A stretch of 64,000 nt of DNA from Octopus sinensis (GCF_006345805.1 NC_042999.1:100936001-101000000), one strand, 5' to 3'. Counted from the stretch's first letter, positions 1 to 13,766 are shown. Made by a program: numbers and translations. The notes: a model not told the origin generated them from the letters alone.

Positions 1-2037
1 AATCTCATCAAATGAATAAATGAATGTGGAACAGGATCAAATTTAGATAATATATCATAATGAAATACATTACTGGAAAATTATGGAGGGGAAAAAAAAA
101 ATCATCAAACATATAGAAAGACATCTTTACACTAGGGAATTCTCACTGATAGGTTTCGTTTTTAATGGATTTTCTTTATTAAAAAATATGTCAGGATGTG
201 GAAAAGAGAAAAAAAAGTACCAGAAAGAACCTAATTAATGTGGGACAGTAAATAAGAAGTAGATAAAGGGGAAAATGTATATATAATAAAGAAGATAGAG
301 AAAGGACTGCTGCAATTCATTTTGTAGAATTGTAGAAATCTGAATTTTATTAGGTTCATCATCATCATCACCACCGTTTCATTGTGATAGAGAAATATAT
401 GTGCATAAAGTGAGAAGTGTTGATAAATGATAGGAATAACATTATAGAATTTAGAACAGGTGATCATACAAAGATACTAATACCAACAGAGCTACATGAT
501 CAGAGGTAAGATTACTGAGGCAGATTTATCAAGGAGGTGAATGACATGCAAGTCAATATTTGCACCAAGAATATTAGTCAACTGGCAAAAGTGGTTAACT
601 TGATAACTAAAAAAAGAGAAGTTAAAAGTCAAAATATTAGAATTTACCTTATTCTAGCTCTTATTTATAGTAAAATTTAAGTGGTGTAATAAAAAAAATC
701 CTATAGATAATTGGTTTAAGTAACCATTAGGATTATGTTTTAAAATTATATAAAAAGTAGTTGCTTCAGTATAAAAGTATAAAATATAAGTGACAGAAAA
801 TTAAGTAGGTTAATGAGGGAAGATATACATACAGAAATAGAAATATAAGTGTAAGGGTGTTACATTGGTGATTGTGAGAAGGGGATGGAAGAGGTAAGGT
901 GTAGAGGGGAAAGAAATTCAAAGTGAAAAGCAAGGGAAATAGATTGAAAGTAAAAATGTATTAGCAAATGAAATCAAATTAGAATATATGAATAAAAGAA
1001 ATTCGATGAAAAATGAGGAAGAGGTTGGAATAGAAAAAAGGTAGAAAGAAGTATCAGTTAAGTTAATGGAACTGTGTGGCTACAGGTACTTAAGAGGATG
1101 AATAAAAATGTGGGAGAATATCATTATAAGAAATAAAATTAGGAATAAAAGCAGGATTTGAAATCAAAGTTTTAAAAATATAAAATAAGAGGAAAACAAA
1201 TGAAGATAAAGGGAACATAATGAAAAATGAGGATTTTGTAAAAAAAAAGATAGATATTCAATTTTAAGAGATGTAATGATTACATATGTAACCAAAGGTG
1301 CTTATGGTTTATACAAGAAAAATTTTAATATATCAATATGGAAATTAGACAATTAAGAGTTAAGTAAAGTATTATGAGTAATAAGAAAAAAGAATTAGAC
1401 TGAATAAGGAAAAGTATATTTCAGATGAAATTAAAACAAAAAAGATGAGACTTAAACAAATATGGAAATAAGTGAATAGATTAAATCTAATTAAGTTAAT
1501 TACAACTGAGCAAATTAATCAAGTTAAGGTGAGTTGTAAATTATAGTGAGGGTGAAAACTGATACTTAAACGACTAAAGTAAAGAACAGAAGTAAAGATT
1601 TAAGTGTAACAATATGGAGTAGTGATATACAGAGCTTGGTAAACTAGTCTTGAGGGGTTAAAGTAATAATTAAAATCTATAAAAGGTATAGGTGCTAAGA
1701 GTATTACAATTAGAACTAGAAAAGGTCTCCAAGGTTTAAACGAAAGATCAGTTAAAAGAATTATAGAAACAAAATGGTGTACATACTAGGTGATATAGGT
1801 GCGTGTGTGTGTGTATTATTTATTATATACATATATATTATGGGCACCTAGGCATCTCATGTATATATATATATAATATATATATATACACACACATTAT
1901 GGACTCTTAACTCAGACACACACACATATATATATATTTGTAAAGATTTGTAGAAGTAACACACGAGTAAGTAGATATTTATGAAAAACAAGAACGAAAA
2001 TGCTACTTTCTTAAAATTGGGTACATTTTAATTTTCC

Positions 2038-3311
2038 AGCTTGCGAAACCCACCACCTCAGCAACTTCCTGGACACTCTACTGAAGCCCTTCCTCAAACA
2101 CATCAAGAGCTATATAAGGGATGACCTGGACATGCAAAACTGTCAATGAGAAAACACTGCTAGTATCCTTCGATGTAATCGCCCTATATTCAAACATCCC
2201 CCACACTCTATGAATAGAAGCCATCACATTCTGGTTAGACAATTACACCTATGAACTTCCCTCTCACGTTAAAAAAGAACTCATAATAGAAGAACTAAAA
2301 TTTATCCTAGAAAACAATTATTTTATATTTAACAGTGACTACTTCTGACAAAAATCGGGGACATGGGCTGCACCTTCTTTTACGAACCTTGTAATGGGCT
2401 ATCTCAAGATTAAACTATACCAGAGAACACTCGAGAAATACAGAAACTCCTTTTCCACCAACATTCAAAACAACAGGAAGAGATATTTCGATGACTGCCT
2501 CATCCTCTGGAATGAAAGTATAGAAAAACTTAACAAACACTTCTAATGGAATAAATGAAAACCTCCAATTTAAGATAGAGTACAGCTAGGAACAACTACC
2601 ATTTTTAGATATCCTTATTAAGAAAGTCAGAAACAAAATAGAGACAGATATCTATTACAAACCCACAGACTTGAAACAGTACCTGCCATTTGATTCTTGC
2701 CACCTGAGACACACTAGGATGAATATCCCATTTTGTTTAACCAAAAGAATATGCACAATAGTATCAGACACAAATAGACTCATGACTCCAGGAATTGAAA
2801 ACCACACTTATCAATAGGAATTACCCACAACCCTTAATCGACAATATGATCCAACGAGTACTTAAATATATAAGAACTTAGACAACCAAGACCAAAGAAG
2901 GAAGAAAAATTGAAAACCCTGCCTTATATTTCCACACACAACCCACGTAACAATGAGGCCTTCAACACTATACTCCACAGTACAGCTCTACTCAAGAGAG
3001 ACCCAAAGATGAATCAAATCTTCAAAACACACACAATCATCAAAAGTAAGAGACAACCAAAATCAATGAAAAAGATTTTAACCCAGGCCAAATTACATTC
3101 AACAATAACCACTAAACTGACAGTAAAAAAATGCGGGAGACCCAACTGTGGGATTTGTATCAACATAATAGAAGGATCAGAACACCGATTAGAACAAGGC
3201 CATAATTTCACCATAAAAACTAATTTTACATGTGCATCGGAGAACTTGATTTACTTAATTACATGCTCAGGATGTAAACAGCAATATATTGGACACACAA
3301 AAAACAGTCTA
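2038..3311 (+). mobile_element. Penelope-like retroelement, decayed RT plus start of GIY-YIG endonuclease
   Basis: Frameshifted motifs LVSFDVIALYSNIPH, FILENNYF, RYFDDCLILW, LPFLDILI, IYYKPTD..YL.FDSCH. ORF 2910-3314 has CGRPNCGIC and FTCASENLIYLITCSGCKQQYIGHT. Truncated where a SINE begins at ~3317. Confidence 0.92.
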
Positions 3312-3316
3312 TGACA

Positions 3317-3650
3317 TAGTTCCGGGTTCAGTCCCACTGCGTGGCATCTTGGGCAAGTATCTTCTACTATAGCCTCGGGCCGACCAAAGCCTTGTGAGTG
3401 GATTTGGCAGACGGAAACGGAAAGAAGCCCGTCATATGTGTGCGTGTGTATGTTTGTGTGTCTGTGTTTGTCCCCCAACATCTCTTGACAACCGATGCTG
3501 GTGTGTTTATGCCCCCATAACTTAGCAGTTCAGCAAAAGAGACCGATAGAATAAGGCTTACAAAGAATAAGTCCTGGGGTCAATTTGTTCGACTAAAGGC
3601 AGTGCTCCAGCATGGCCACAGTCAAATGACTGAAACAAGTAAAAGAGTAT
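3317..3650 (+). mobile_element. SINE family A (tRNA-derived, internal (TG)n/(TA)n tract)
   Basis: B-box-like GGTTCAGTCCC; body CCAAAGCCTTGTGAGTGGATTTGG; tail CCAGCATGGCCACAGTCAAATGACTGAAACAAGTAAAAGA. Partial copies at ~8280-8342(+), 23330-23460(+), 25290-25440(+), 27860-27950(-), 36545-36582(+), 51510-51785(+), 54235-54395(-), 60640-60760(-). Confidence 0.85.
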
Positions 3651-3652
3651 GC

Positions 3653-3705
<53 letters not shown>

Positions 3706-3939
3706 TTATATATGTATATATTATGTGTTTACTTAGGATATTTTCTTTAGCCAATTGGATACCTAGACATTCCAGAAATCATATATTAAACAGAGTCTTC
3801 TTTCAGCATAACACCCAGTTATTGTTACTATGTTTCATTTTAGTGTTAATGTTAATGTTGGCCTTTAAACCCAAATAAATTTAGAAAATAGTTTTCTTTT
3901 CTTCCTATTAGTGTTTCTAAATGTATGCATGTGGTTATT

Positions 3940-4260
3940 GTAGCTTAACTGAATGAGACAGAAGTTAATTCCATGTGATTTTACTATGTCAATAAATTGT
4001 ATCATTATCTAACCCTTGAGAGTCTAAAGGGATAAGTGTTAAGGTTATATATTACAAGTGGTGTTAATGTTATAGTTGCAGCCATTGTGATTGGTGCAGC
4101 TGATCTTGTATAGTTTAGAACAAGTTAGGGTTAATATGAAATTAGATGCAGTAGAGTAAGATAATTGTATGGTATTCTTATTAAAGTTTCTATAGAAATG
4201 CTATGAGTGAAAGTGTATTATAATTTTAAAAATGGGTTTGGATATGAAATTAACTACGTA
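3940..4260 (-). mobile_element. Possible highly decayed Penelope-like 3' fragment
   Basis: Minus-strand remnants NKNTIQLSYSTASN and a terminal SHGIN resemble Penelope-like C-terminal motifs; no intact ORF. Confidence 0.3.
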
Positions 4261-4740
4261 TTACAAATACAAACTTATTACACATGCACACACATACATA
4301 ATATACATGTGTATGTTTGTGTGTGCACGCACATACACATGTTAATTTAATAATGAACTAAAAGGAAGAGAACATAACAACAGATAGGTGGATAATAAAT
4401 TCTTCAATAAAATTTAAATTAATGATATTGTAACAATGGTGCCATGCTTCTGAATTAGTCAGCAAGTTTCTGACAAGAAAACAAATAAACTTTTTAAATT
4501 TAAATTCCAATTATGTGCATACAGTATGTTTGCATCATATATAAATGTGTATGTATGTAGCACAATGCAAGAATTGTAAAACATATACAAATTCATATAT
4601 AGAGTACAAATATTATGATACAGAACATTACACTTGGTATAGAGCGATGTGTTTATTATGTAAAAAACTTTATTCTTTCAAAAATTACTTGAGTTTCATC
4701 TAGAAGCTGATCACAACTGTGAATGTTCTCTCTCTCTGTC

Positions 4741-4785
<45 letters not shown>

Positions 4786-5803
4786 GTGTGTGTATATATA
4801 TATGTATAGCTTTTTCTCTAAACACTAAGCATTGTTGTTAGCTGACATTCACCATCTCAAGGTCAAAAACATATATCTCCTAGCCAGTTATTAACCTCTT
4901 CAGTCACAGATAAAACAGTAAAACTATTATTTTTATTTTTTATCAATACCAAAATACAGGTAAATAACACACATTGAGTAGATTTTTTAAAAAATTTAAT
5001 ATTCAATATACTTAATTTTTGGTATGGATAAATAAAAATTTTGCTATCACTAGGTAAAAAAAATACTAATTTACTTACATCTATGAGATTTATGAGAAAA
5101 CAGCCATCCTCTATGGCTTGTGAGCAAACACTGAGTGAGAATAACGTGGTCTTGGTCATATATGTATTTTAGAGGTGCCCAATGAATTAGTAATTGTGGC
5201 TCAACTTAGTTATAATTTATATTTCTTTTGTAATTTATGCTGAAATACTGCCCACTACATTGGACAAAGTGACTGAAGGGATTAAAACTGGAAAGTAGTT
5301 CTAGGGTGGGGTGGGAGCATCACAGCATGTTATTTGTGCTACAGAAAATTCCTCAAAACATTATGTGAGAATAAAGACATTCATGTAAACAAATTGAGTG
5401 ATGTAATTACTTCTTGCTGCCATAAATTTTACAAAATATTTTCCTTTTACCATAGGTCAATCAGCCCAAATCAACCCATAAAAGTCTAAGTCAATATTTC
5501 AAAATTTCACCTTTCCTCTTTGCTTCTAGCTGTTTCCCTAGTTATTTTTTCATACAATTAACTATATAACCTAGCTAGGATTATGATTTGCTTTTATTTG
5601 AGCAGGATTTTAAGCCTTATAATGTCTTTGCATAATATGCATTGTAATATCAACAATTCACCAATGAATATTTGAAACAGCTGTAAAGATATAATCACAT
5701 CCTGTAAACATGTTACATCTCATCTAAATGCATTCTTTATATATATGATTGTTTGTTTCTGTTTCTTATAGTTACCTATTTATTTATATGTATATTAAAC
5801 AGC

Positions 5804-5843
<40 letters not shown>

Positions 5844-6381
5844 CTACAAAAGAAATCTGCCAGAAACACCTTAAGGTTTGTGAAAAAATGACAGTATTTT
5901 CTGAATATGAAACAGTTTTGTATGTACACAAACAAGTAATGGCATGAGCAAAATTTTGTTTAACTTTTTGAAAAGTTATTTCCAGTAAGATAAAGAAAGC
6001 TGATTAAATATCTATCTGCCATTTATAGAAACTACTATTCAGAAAACATAAATAAAATAAAATTGCAATGTACACTATTTCTTGTTATGTAAATCCTTTC
6101 AAATGGAACAAATTTACATAGGACAAATTCTTGCAAGTGAGTTGTATGAAGATGATGAACAAGAAAGCATCAGATCTGGATATGATATTGACATGTTTAA
6201 GAAGAGGTAAAAAAGAGAATGGGTAAACTGAGACAAACAATTATGTCAAGAAATAAAAGTAACTTCAAAAAGAAAAAAGAAAACTATTTAGAAATGCAAA
6301 CCAAATGAAAGAAGTGTGTATCTAAATATATCTGAGTCATGTTCTTAATGTTGTTGCTGCTGTTGCTAATGCTGCTGCTAC

Positions 6382-6415
<34 letters not shown>

Positions 6416-6427
6416 GTAATAATAATA

Positions 6428-6460
<33 letters not shown>

Positions 6461-6469
6461 ACAACAACA

Positions 6470-6925
6470 CACAGATAGTGAAATTAAGGCCAACATACAC
6501 AGATAAAGAAATTAAGGCCACCAGGCCAGATATAAGTTTTCAGAGATCATGAAGAAAAAAATGCTTTCTAATTGATGTATCAATACCAGCAGATGACAAC
6601 GTGTCTCTAAAAGAAATGGAGAAACTTTAAAAATACAAAGACCTTGAAATAGAAGTAACGTGAATGTGGAATCTAAAAACAGAAACAACCCCTATCATGG
6701 TAGGTGCATTAGGTGTGATAAAAAAAATATTCTGACAAATACATAACAAAAACACCAGGACTTACAAACACATATAACATACAGAAAATTGCACTACTGG
6801 GCACTGCACACATCCTACGCAAAACACTTTCGATACAGTAACCATCAGAGCATCACAATACATACCCAAGGCACACAGAGCTGCACTCGGTAGTGAAGTG
6901 AAAGCACGCTATAAATATAAAACTA

Positions 6926-6930
<5 letters not shown>
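6470..6930 (+). mobile_element. R4/Dong-clade non-LTR retrotransposon 3' fragment (restriction-like endonuclease domain + 3'UTR)
   Basis: HTDKEIKATRPDI...CFLIDVSIPADDNVSLKEMEKL*KYKDLEIEV..MWNLKTETTPIMVGALG...IQKIALLGTAHILRKTL; flanked by (AAT)n on both sides. Confidence 0.88.
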
Positions 6931-6966
<36 letters not shown>

Positions 6967-6997
6967 TGATAATAATAATAATAATAATTATTATTAT

Positions 6998-7240
6998 GTG
7001 ATGAAATTTTGCAGCTTATTTTACTGGGTATGATGGGAAGTGTTAGCTATCCACAACCAGCAGACTAAGGTAACACTTGTTTACTGGCCATGCTTCAAGA
7101 ACCCTGCGAAGAATTCTTGCAGTTCCAAGCAATCCTGATTTTTGTAGATGTTCTACCTTCATACTTGCACCAATCTTTTTCAGCTACATTGGTAACTGAG
7201 TGCTGATACTTCCAAGTGTACCAATTACTATTTGTGTCAT
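6998..7240 (-). mobile_element. R4/Dong-clade 3' fragment, different subfamily
   Basis: Minus strand reads IVIGTLGSISTQL..LKKIG...EHLQKSGLLGTARILRRVLE, then a short 3'UTR ending in (AAT)n. Confidence 0.75.
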
Positions 7241-7521
7241 GGCTGACAATATGTGCATCTCTGATCATGAGCAGAAGTAGTGGGGGAGCATCATGGCCAT
7301 GTGTTGAAAGGAATTCTTGGAAGTTTGGATGATTCACCTTTGGAAACATGGGTGGTTCATTCAACATCCTTAAACAATCCTTACTCAGGGACCTTTTGAG
7401 CGGGATGGGTTACTCGACCAGAAGAAAATTCTAACTGAGTCCCACCTGCATGGTCATGCACTGTTGTTCAGTTGGCTCATATGTTGATGTGCATAAGTAA
7501 ACAAAAACTAAAAGACACACT

Positions 7522-7554
<33 letters not shown>

Positions 7555-8514
7555 TTATGAATGTGTGTGTGTGTGTGTGTGTGTATGTGTGTGTGATAAT
7601 AAGTATTGCATGGTGGAAATAAATACAACTTTTTCTTTCTATACTTTTGTTAAGTTAAAATTTCTCTGCTTTGGTCAGGATTTTTCCAATTTCCTTTTTT
7701 TTATATCAAGAAATTGACAAAAGCATTTAAAAAAAAATTAAATTCATTGAGCCAAACAAAATCAAAAATATTAATACTATTTTTTCCCTTTACTTTTTAC
7801 TTTCTGACAATATAATTAATTACTGTATCCTATATACTGTGTCCTTGTATAATAGGTGAGTATTTCAGAAATATTTTCATCTTTAAAAAAAAAACAGACT
7901 AATACATTTGTATAGGTTTTTCAGTTGAAACACTCTGAATCATTTTGGAGATTTATTGTTTTAATAACAAGTTTTAAAACATGGATAATCACATGAGGGA
8001 TGCAGCATGAGAGCGTCAGTGTAGAAGAAGAGAATGGTTGCACAAGGAACAGTGGGAAGAAATAAGGAATCAAAATCGTATGAAGATGAAACTGAGAAGA
8101 AATTAAATAAGCTGAGAGGGAGCATATCCTACAGCATAGGAGGGAAAGAAATCAGCAAAGTATAGAAGAAATGAGCCAGGACCAAAGAGAAGTGTATTTT
8201 CAAAATAAGAGAGATAGAGATCAACAGAATTGAGAACACATGAGTCAAGAGCAAAGGCAGCTGTACTTAGAAAATATGAGAAACTAAAGGGTGGTGCTCC
8301 AGCATGGCCACTGTCAAATGACTGAAACAAGTAAAAGAATATGAGAAAAACATTCCATACCACTAATGCAAGAGGGTCCTCTGAATATGCATGATGTATT
8401 TTAAGGCAAAATAGTAATTCTGTTTATGTTCGTGTAACTGAGATATTTTGGTCGGATTATATAGTTATCAGTTTTACACTTCTTTCTATATTGTATAACT
8501 GTTGCAATATATTT

Positions 8515-8710
8515 TTCTACTATAGGCACAAGTCCTGAAATGTTTTCAGGGAGGGGGCCAGTCGATTAAATCAACCCCGGTGCACAACTAGTACTTAATT
8601 TATCAACCCTGAAAGGATAAAAGGCAAAGTTGACCTCAGAAGAATTTGAACTCAGAACATAAAGACAGGCGCCCAGCATGCTAACAATTCTGCCAGCTCA
8701 CTGCCATTGA
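8515..8710 (-). mobile_element. SINE family B copy
   Basis: Reverse complement matches the 50635-50855 element (GAGCTGGCAGAATTGTTAGCA...TTCTGAGTTCAAATT...CTTTGCCTTTTATCCTTTCAGGGTTGATAAATTAAGTAC). Confidence 0.8.
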
Positions 8711-8806
8711 CTCACAATCTAGAAACATTTCTCATGGCACCAGCACACAATTTACAGATGCTTACATTTTTTAATATTTTCCGTGAATTTTTCATGGGTT
8801 CAACTA

Positions 8807-8839
8807 GTTGTTGTTTTTGTTGTTGTTGTTGTTGTTGTT

Positions 8840-8929
<90 letters not shown>

Positions 8930-8930
8930 A
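8807..8930. repeat. Compound microsatellite (TTG)n(GAT)n(ATT)n
   Basis: Directly visible. Confidence 0.95.
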
Positions 8931-8934
8931 TACG

Positions 8935-9450
8935 AGTGGTGGATTGGCAGAACCATTTAGATGACAGGACAAAATGGCTTACAGCATTTGCTTTGGCTCT
9001 CTGTATTCTGAGTTCATAACCTTCAGTGATCAATACTGTTTTTCATCTCTCTCTGGGATTGACAAAATAAAGTACCAGATACATACTGGAGGCATTTGTA
9101 TCATTTAACTCTTTCTCTTTGTACTTAAATTAAGAGCTATCAGAGTGGTGAAGTGGCAGAATTGTTAGAGTGTTAGTTAAAATGCACTGCAATTAGTCAA
9201 ACTACTTTTTTTCCTAACTCTTTATATTTTGAGTACTGCAATTAGTCAAAATACATTTCTTCCTCATTCTTAATGTTCTGAGTAAAATACAAGCATGAGC
9301 AACCTTGCCTTTCAGCTCACCTAGGATTAATAAAGTAAATAAAACGGATGCTAAATGATGATGATGATGATGAAAGTACCAATCAAGTAGTGGGGCTGAT
9401 GATATTGACTAATTCCCTACCAGCTACTGGCCTTGTACCTAAATTATTAA
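8935..9450 (+). mobile_element. Two tandem diverged SINE family B copies
   Basis: Heads TGGCAGAA at ~8945 and ~9155, TTCTGAGT boxes and AAAGTACC motifs shared with 50635-50855. Confidence 0.65.
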
Positions 9451-9859
9451 AAAAACATCATCATTATAATTATCATTATTATTGCTGTTGTTGTTGATTT
9501 ATGAAAATTGACATAACCCTTCATGAAGCTAAATAAGCAATAATAGTGTGATGAAATTTGTAATAAACAGAGACTGACTATTCATTGAACTGAACAATAT
9601 TTTAACAGTATGTTTGTCTTTCTCAGGTTCAAAATGAAAAATGCAAAAAAAACAACAAAAAAAAAACTCCACAGAAATACAGAAATTCAAAATATGAATA
9701 GGAATATCCTGTGTTCCTGTTTAGGCAAAACATCATCAATTTTTGCTTTTTCATAGCTAAAGAAAAGGAAGAAAAAAAAAACGAAAGCAGCAAAGAGAAC
9801 AATTAGTCAAAAACTTTTTGTGTAAATGGGATGGAATTCTCCTGTCGTTTTGTTCATTC

Positions 9860-11144
9860 CTCCAGGGTGTAAGTAACCAGAAACATTCTCTGTGGGACAA
9901 GCCTGTTGTAGTTCAGGTTTCCATCACTAGAAGCCACTTGATGTGACACTCAGGCATCAGTCTGCTGACCAGCATCGGTGTCTGAAGTCACACTGCCACA
10001 TAGCATGTCTTTGTTTTACAATGCTTCTCCTCTATTTGTTAATTTTTGTGATGGCTGAAACAAAGGAACAGCATATTTCTGTGAAATTTTGTTTTCTGCT
10101 GGGGACAACAGCAGCCGAAAGAGCTGTCATGCTTCAAACAACTTACAAGGATGCTGCCATAAGCAAAACACAATTTTATGAGTGGTCGCTTGAAGACCAA
10201 CCACATTCAGGACGACTATCAACCTACCAAACAAATGAAAACATTATGAAAATTCATGAACTGATCTTGAACTGACTAATGCTGAACAACTGACAAACTT
10301 CTGAACAATTGACAAACTTGCTTGTATGACTGATGTGTCCTGGAGATCCTGCCAATGAACTATGAGTGAGGAATTGCAAATGAAAAGAGTTGCAGCAAAG
10401 TTTGTGCCTTACTTGCTCAAGGAAAATCAAAAGCAATTACAACTAAATGTGTGTTGTGAACTGCAAAAACAGTTGGAAGTTGATCCAGACCTTTTTTCAA
10501 AGGTCATCAACAGTGATGAAAGCTGATGTTAAGGCTATGACCCAGAAATGAAGCAGCAATCAAATCAATGGAAGCATTCAATATCACCACAACCCAAAAA
10601 GACATGTCAAATGAAGTCCAATGTCAAGATGATGCTGATTTGTTTCATCGATGTGAAAAGAATTGTCCACACAGAATTTGTTCCTTCTGGTCAAACTGTT
10701 AACTAGACATTTTACTTGACATTTCTGAAGCACTTGTTAGACACGGTGAGACAAAAATGCCCCGACCTGTGGAAAAGTGGAGAGTTGTGATTTCATCATG
10801 ACAATGCACCTGTGCACACCGTCTTGAGTGTGAGACAGTTTTTGACCAAAAATGGCATGACCCCCACTTACCCACCCTCCCTATTAACCCAGTCTTGCTC
10901 CCTGCAACATTTTCTATGTCCCCCACTCCCAAATGAAAAAATCCTTAAAGGGAAACCTTTTGCAGATGTGGAAAAAAGAGGATGGAGGTGTTAAAAAGCA
11001 TCACTTCATGAGAATTCTGGGACTGCTTCGGATAGTAGAATACACACCAGGACAGACACATTGCTTCAACAGTGTAAACATGTAAAACTAAGTGAATAAA
11101 ATAATATTGCAAAATTTTGGCTTCTTTTTTGGCACCCTCTCGTA
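9860..11144 (+). mobile_element. Mariner (DD34D) transposon relic, near full length, with pseudogenised transposase
   Basis: EQHISVKFCFLLG, LEDQPHSGR, INSDES*C*GYDPE, HTEFVPSGQTVN, FHHDNAPVH. The right end GCACCCTCTCGTA is TIR-like and ends in TA; the left TIR is degenerate. Confidence 0.9.
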
Positions 11145-11569
11145 ATTTACAAATATATATTTATCTTCATGAGTTTTTACCTTATTACCAGTTATGAAAA
11201 AGTGAAAATTGATGACATCTTTTTTTCTAAAAAGAATGCAGGATATTGTCACCCTAGCCTTCTCAAATCCTCTCTGTTCAATACATATGTTTAATTACAA
11301 TACAGCATTGCAATACTTACAAAAGTATCAAACAATCAGCCTTTCACTCACTCAACTCCTTGAACATTTCTCCACTATTCTTACTCTTGCTAATGCTCAT
11401 TTGTTGACACTTTCTTTGTATATAGCTTGCATGGAACTCCTATAAACTTAATTTTATTGGTGACCACCAGGCTACAGAGCACAGGGCCCTTTCAAGGGTT
11501 TTTTCAGGTCATCAGATTCTAAAAATATTGACTTGCTCTTAGCTTAAGAATTATTCTGTATTTGTTTCA

Positions 11570-12480
11570 CTATGATGATGCTCTCACAGCATAAACCTGA
11601 ACTGTATATCATTTAAGCTAATTCTCATCTTAATTAGTTGAGCTATATTTAACTTTTTCTGTTACTTTAATAACATGGTTAATCAATTTGATGCCTCTGT
11701 AGTTACTTCTTTCCAGAGTATCTTCTTTAATTTTGTAACAGTTGGTGATTACACTGCTACACTAATCATTAGATATAATACATCTCTTCTATACAACCAT
11801 AATGACTTGCATATGACCTACTTTGCCAGAAATTTTTTGCTTCTCAGTAACTATCTCAGATGGTCCATCTGCTTTTCTCTGCCTTCATCTCCTAAATAAC
11901 CCTTTCATTCATGCAGTTGCCAATTTCAGTAGTTTGTCCCTCAGTTGGGTCTACTTGGGGATAGTCTTTTGCACATTCTCATTCTGGCAGTAATATTTCC
12001 CTACCTTATCTTCTTGACTTTAGTGAGAGCAAGTATGTTGTTAAACTTTTCATCATCATCTTAATTTACCCTAACACACAGCTTTACAGTCTGGAAAATT
12101 TCCTGCTTTTCATTATCTCATTGCAAAGCATTAGCAAACCCCAACTTTCTATTTACTTCCATGCCACATATAACAAAAATGTAACTTCTTTTTGGTCTAA
12201 CCAATATTATTGCTTGCTGCCTGCTTTCTTTCAATCTTTCGTAACCTACCTCTTAAGTTTTACGCTTCTATCTATTGTATCTTTTAACCACCACATAACT
12301 TTCTGCATAGCTCCAGTCACAAACTGTGCTTGATTCAAAACTGGTTGTTGGGTGGAAATTCCTAGCTACCCTCTACATTATATGTTTATATCTCAACCTT
12401 TTCTTGTTATATTCAAATGGCAAATACTTGTTTAGAACCCACATTTAGTTGAGGAATCTTTCATCTTCCAAGCCATACAT
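11570..12480 (-). mobile_element. RTE-clade LINE fragment (RT N-terminal part), decayed
   Basis: Minus strand NCYKIKEDTLERSNYRGIKLINHVIKVTEK...RISLNDIQFRFM matches the RTE NYRG.KL...QFGFM motif. Confidence 0.75.
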
Positions 12481-13766
12481 TTCCAGATTTTCTTGAATGG
12501 TTCATTCTTCACCGGGGTAGGATTTGGTGTTCATAATCAGCTGTCAGTCTTATTATTGGTATTATTCATATTAGGTTTTATTTTGTCCAAGAACAATAGC
12601 AATGCAGTGTTTCTTATAGAGAAGCCTGATAGAATTGAAACAGAGGTAAATGAATTGGTTTATTTGATAAAACTAAGATAACTTAGATGTTTTTTAAACT
12701 TTTCCAACACCATGGTAAATAAAGAAGAACTATATGGATACAAACTTTAGTTTGTCATCTCACTGATAAAGGTGGAGAGACAAAAAATTCACTAATATTG
12801 GTATAGGGTGGCAGATACTTGTCATTTTAATAATTGTTGTTTTAACAGATATTATTTTTTGGAGTGTTAATAAAAATTTGCATTAAGTGTCATTGTTGGG
12901 TAGAAGGCCTAATGAAGAGCCTGCAGGAGCTAAAGCTGCCTGGTAGGGTGGCTTTTAAGCTAGTTGTATAATATAGTCCTTGATTCTCTATCAGAATAAA
13001 AGATAGTTTAATCAACGTTGGAGTACCTAATCTATGGATAAACATGTATGGATCAAGAGCCGTGATCATCATCATCATCATCATCAACTACGATGACAAC
13101 AGCATTTATTAATTGCAACTTCACTTCTATTATAATAAATACCTGATGCACCACATATCCTGTTCCATTGTCAATCTCCTAAGATTATCAATAATCAAAG
13201 CACTTCCATCCTCCTTTATGTTCTTGACTATGATTTTGGAAGGAGGTCTACTATCATCATTCAATGAATCTGTTTCAAGATAGTTTCTTAGCTGGTGCCA
13301 AGTGACTCTGATATGCTCAGCAATCTGCAGCCATCAAAGCTGACCTGTTGACCCATGGTTAAGCAACTACAATATAAGCCAATAAAGGAGTCTCTATGTG
13401 ATCTATCAGTTAAATGTCACTTTAAAATCACCCCATGCTGCAGTCTTTAATAAATCCAGAACACACTGGATGATGTAGTCCTAAATATTCTATGTGAGAA
13501 AAAAATGTGACATCACAAATTGTAAGTTTCTGATCATATGTCTTCAGAGATAACAGTTGACATGCTGCTAAATAACAACAAAAAGAAGGACATACTGAAT
13601 AATATAGCTCTAGATACATTATATACAGGATAATGATGGCTGGAATGTCTTAGTTGGGTGAAGGCTGACCTAGGACTAAACAACAAGCCATGCAATATGC
13701 CAACCAAATTATTTTAACAAGTTTTCTCATTTCAAATGTCTTTAAAGCATGGGCAACAGACATTAA

